Assembly (NCBI GenBank): GCA_964553465.1
Contig: CAZKMG010000001.1
Location: 17,539-46,371 of the forward strand
Length of the DNA: 28,833 nt
Source of the DNA: an uncultured Bacteroidaceae bacterium
GTDB taxonomy: Bacteria; Bacteroidota; Bacteroidia; Bacteroidales; GCA-2748055
Reading direction: 5' to 3'
Shown: piece after piece, positions 28,373-28,833 of the stretch
Layout: each line of letters opens with the position of its first letter
Position numbering within the stretch: the stretch's first letter is position 1
Program-made: the position numbers and the translations under genes
Notes under the pieces: generated by a model
Database searches by the model: none
Told to the model about the DNA's origin: nothing
The model's input: the letters and a program-made list of their open reading frames with translations, nothing else

Positions 28373-28614
28373 GATTTCACACTTACATATTATATAGTAA
28401 ATCACGGGATCTCTACTACATTGGCCATACAGAAGATATTTCAAGGAGATTGATAGAGCATAATAAAGGGTATTGCAGGTGGACCCGGTCAGGTGTTCCA
28501 TGGGAACTTTTTTATCAGGCAGAATTTTCAAGCAAAGGGGAGGCAATGAAATTAGAAAACAGGATCAAAAAACGAGGGGCATCGCGATATCTAAATGATA
28601 TAGGATTTACCTGA
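28309..28614 (+). CDS. Small GIY-YIG nuclease family protein (start codon uncertain)
   Basis: FHTYILYSKSRDLYYIGHT..ISRRLIEHN..Y.RWTRSGVPWELFY...EA.KLE..IKK shows the GIY/YIG, Arg, His and Glu motifs. The domain begins at about 28375. The only upstream in-frame starts are TTG at 28309 (inside the repeat) and ATA at 28369. Confidence 0.88.
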   Translation: MVARGAEAPRPEVRLKKQEKIRFHTYILYSKSRDLYYIGHTEDISRRLIEHNKGYCRWTRSGVPWELFYQAEFSSKGEAMKLENRIKKRGASRYLNDIGFT

Positions 28615-28666
28615 TAATCATTTTAATTTGCGATAAGAATACTTACTTTTATGATTCAAAAACAAT

Positions 28667-28745
28667 CGGGGTGTAGCGCAGTTGGTAGCGCGTGGCGCCA
28701 GGGCGCCAAGACCGGAAGTTCGCTTAAAAAAGCAGGAGAAAATAA
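28667..28745 (+). repeat. tRNA-Pro-derived repeat, copy 2
   Basis: Identical to copy 1 over 79 nt except the hairpin loop (CAGG instead of TGAG, 3 substitutions). Confidence 0.9.
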
Positions 28746-28791
28746 AATTAATTTGGGATAAGAATAATTACTTTTATAATTCAAAAACAAT

Positions 28792-28833
28792 CGGGGTGTA
28801 GCGCAGTTGGTAGCGCGTGGCGCCAGGGCGCCA
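28792..28833 (+). repeat. tRNA-Pro-derived repeat, copy 3 (cut by window end)
   Basis: The 42 visible nt are identical to copy 2, at a 125-nt period. Confidence 0.9.

Noticed and set aside
28271-28546. 91-aa minus-strand ORF over the GIY-YIG gene
   Set aside because: It is a shadow of the GIY-YIG ORF, which has clear family motifs; this one has none.
28294-28745. attL/attR of an integrative element inserted in tRNA-Pro
   Set aside because: No integrase is visible, the duplicated part is the 5' tRNA portion, no copy is restored to an intact gene, and there are at least three copies. It cannot be fully excluded without the downstream sequence.
28294-28833. Functional tRNA-Pro (or tRNA-Leu/Sec) genes
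   Set aside because: There is no 3' T-stem, 3' acceptor strand or CCA. The anticodon-position loop is 4-6 nt rather than 7 and differs between copies, and there is no TCA anticodon or long variable arm.
28294-28833. CRISPR array
   Set aside because: The 79-nt repeats are too long, the linkers before copies 2 and 3 are near-identical rather than unique spacers, and no cas genes are in the window.

Overview
AT-rich window from a Bacteroidota (Bacteroidales-like) chromosome, judged from porQ, the cmk-ispH-pfkA gene order, many SpII lipoproteins and TAnnTTTG promoter motifs. The left two-thirds is mostly housekeeping: the 3' end of clpX, an EamA-YkgJ-glycosyltransferase run, porQ, cmk, ispH, pfkA, priA, a stand-alone HldE-type kinase, a YhcH-family lipoprotein and metA, with three uncharacterised exported proteins interspersed. 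A minus-strand accessory block follows: GH116 lipoprotein, nucleoside-hydrolase/FmdE fusion, PepSY-like lipoprotein and a TolC-adaptor-RND efflux system. The most unusual element is at the right edge. It is an array of at least three near-identical 79-bp GC-rich repeats, each a 3'-truncated tRNA-Pro-like sequence whose anticodon arm is replaced by a GGCGC-N4-GCGCC hairpin. The repeats flank a small GIY-YIG nuclease ORF whose reading frame opens inside the first repeat, and the array runs off the window end. A second candidate is a 159-nt multi-stem GC-rich element upstream of metA. All family assignments come from motif recognition by eye; no database searches were run.
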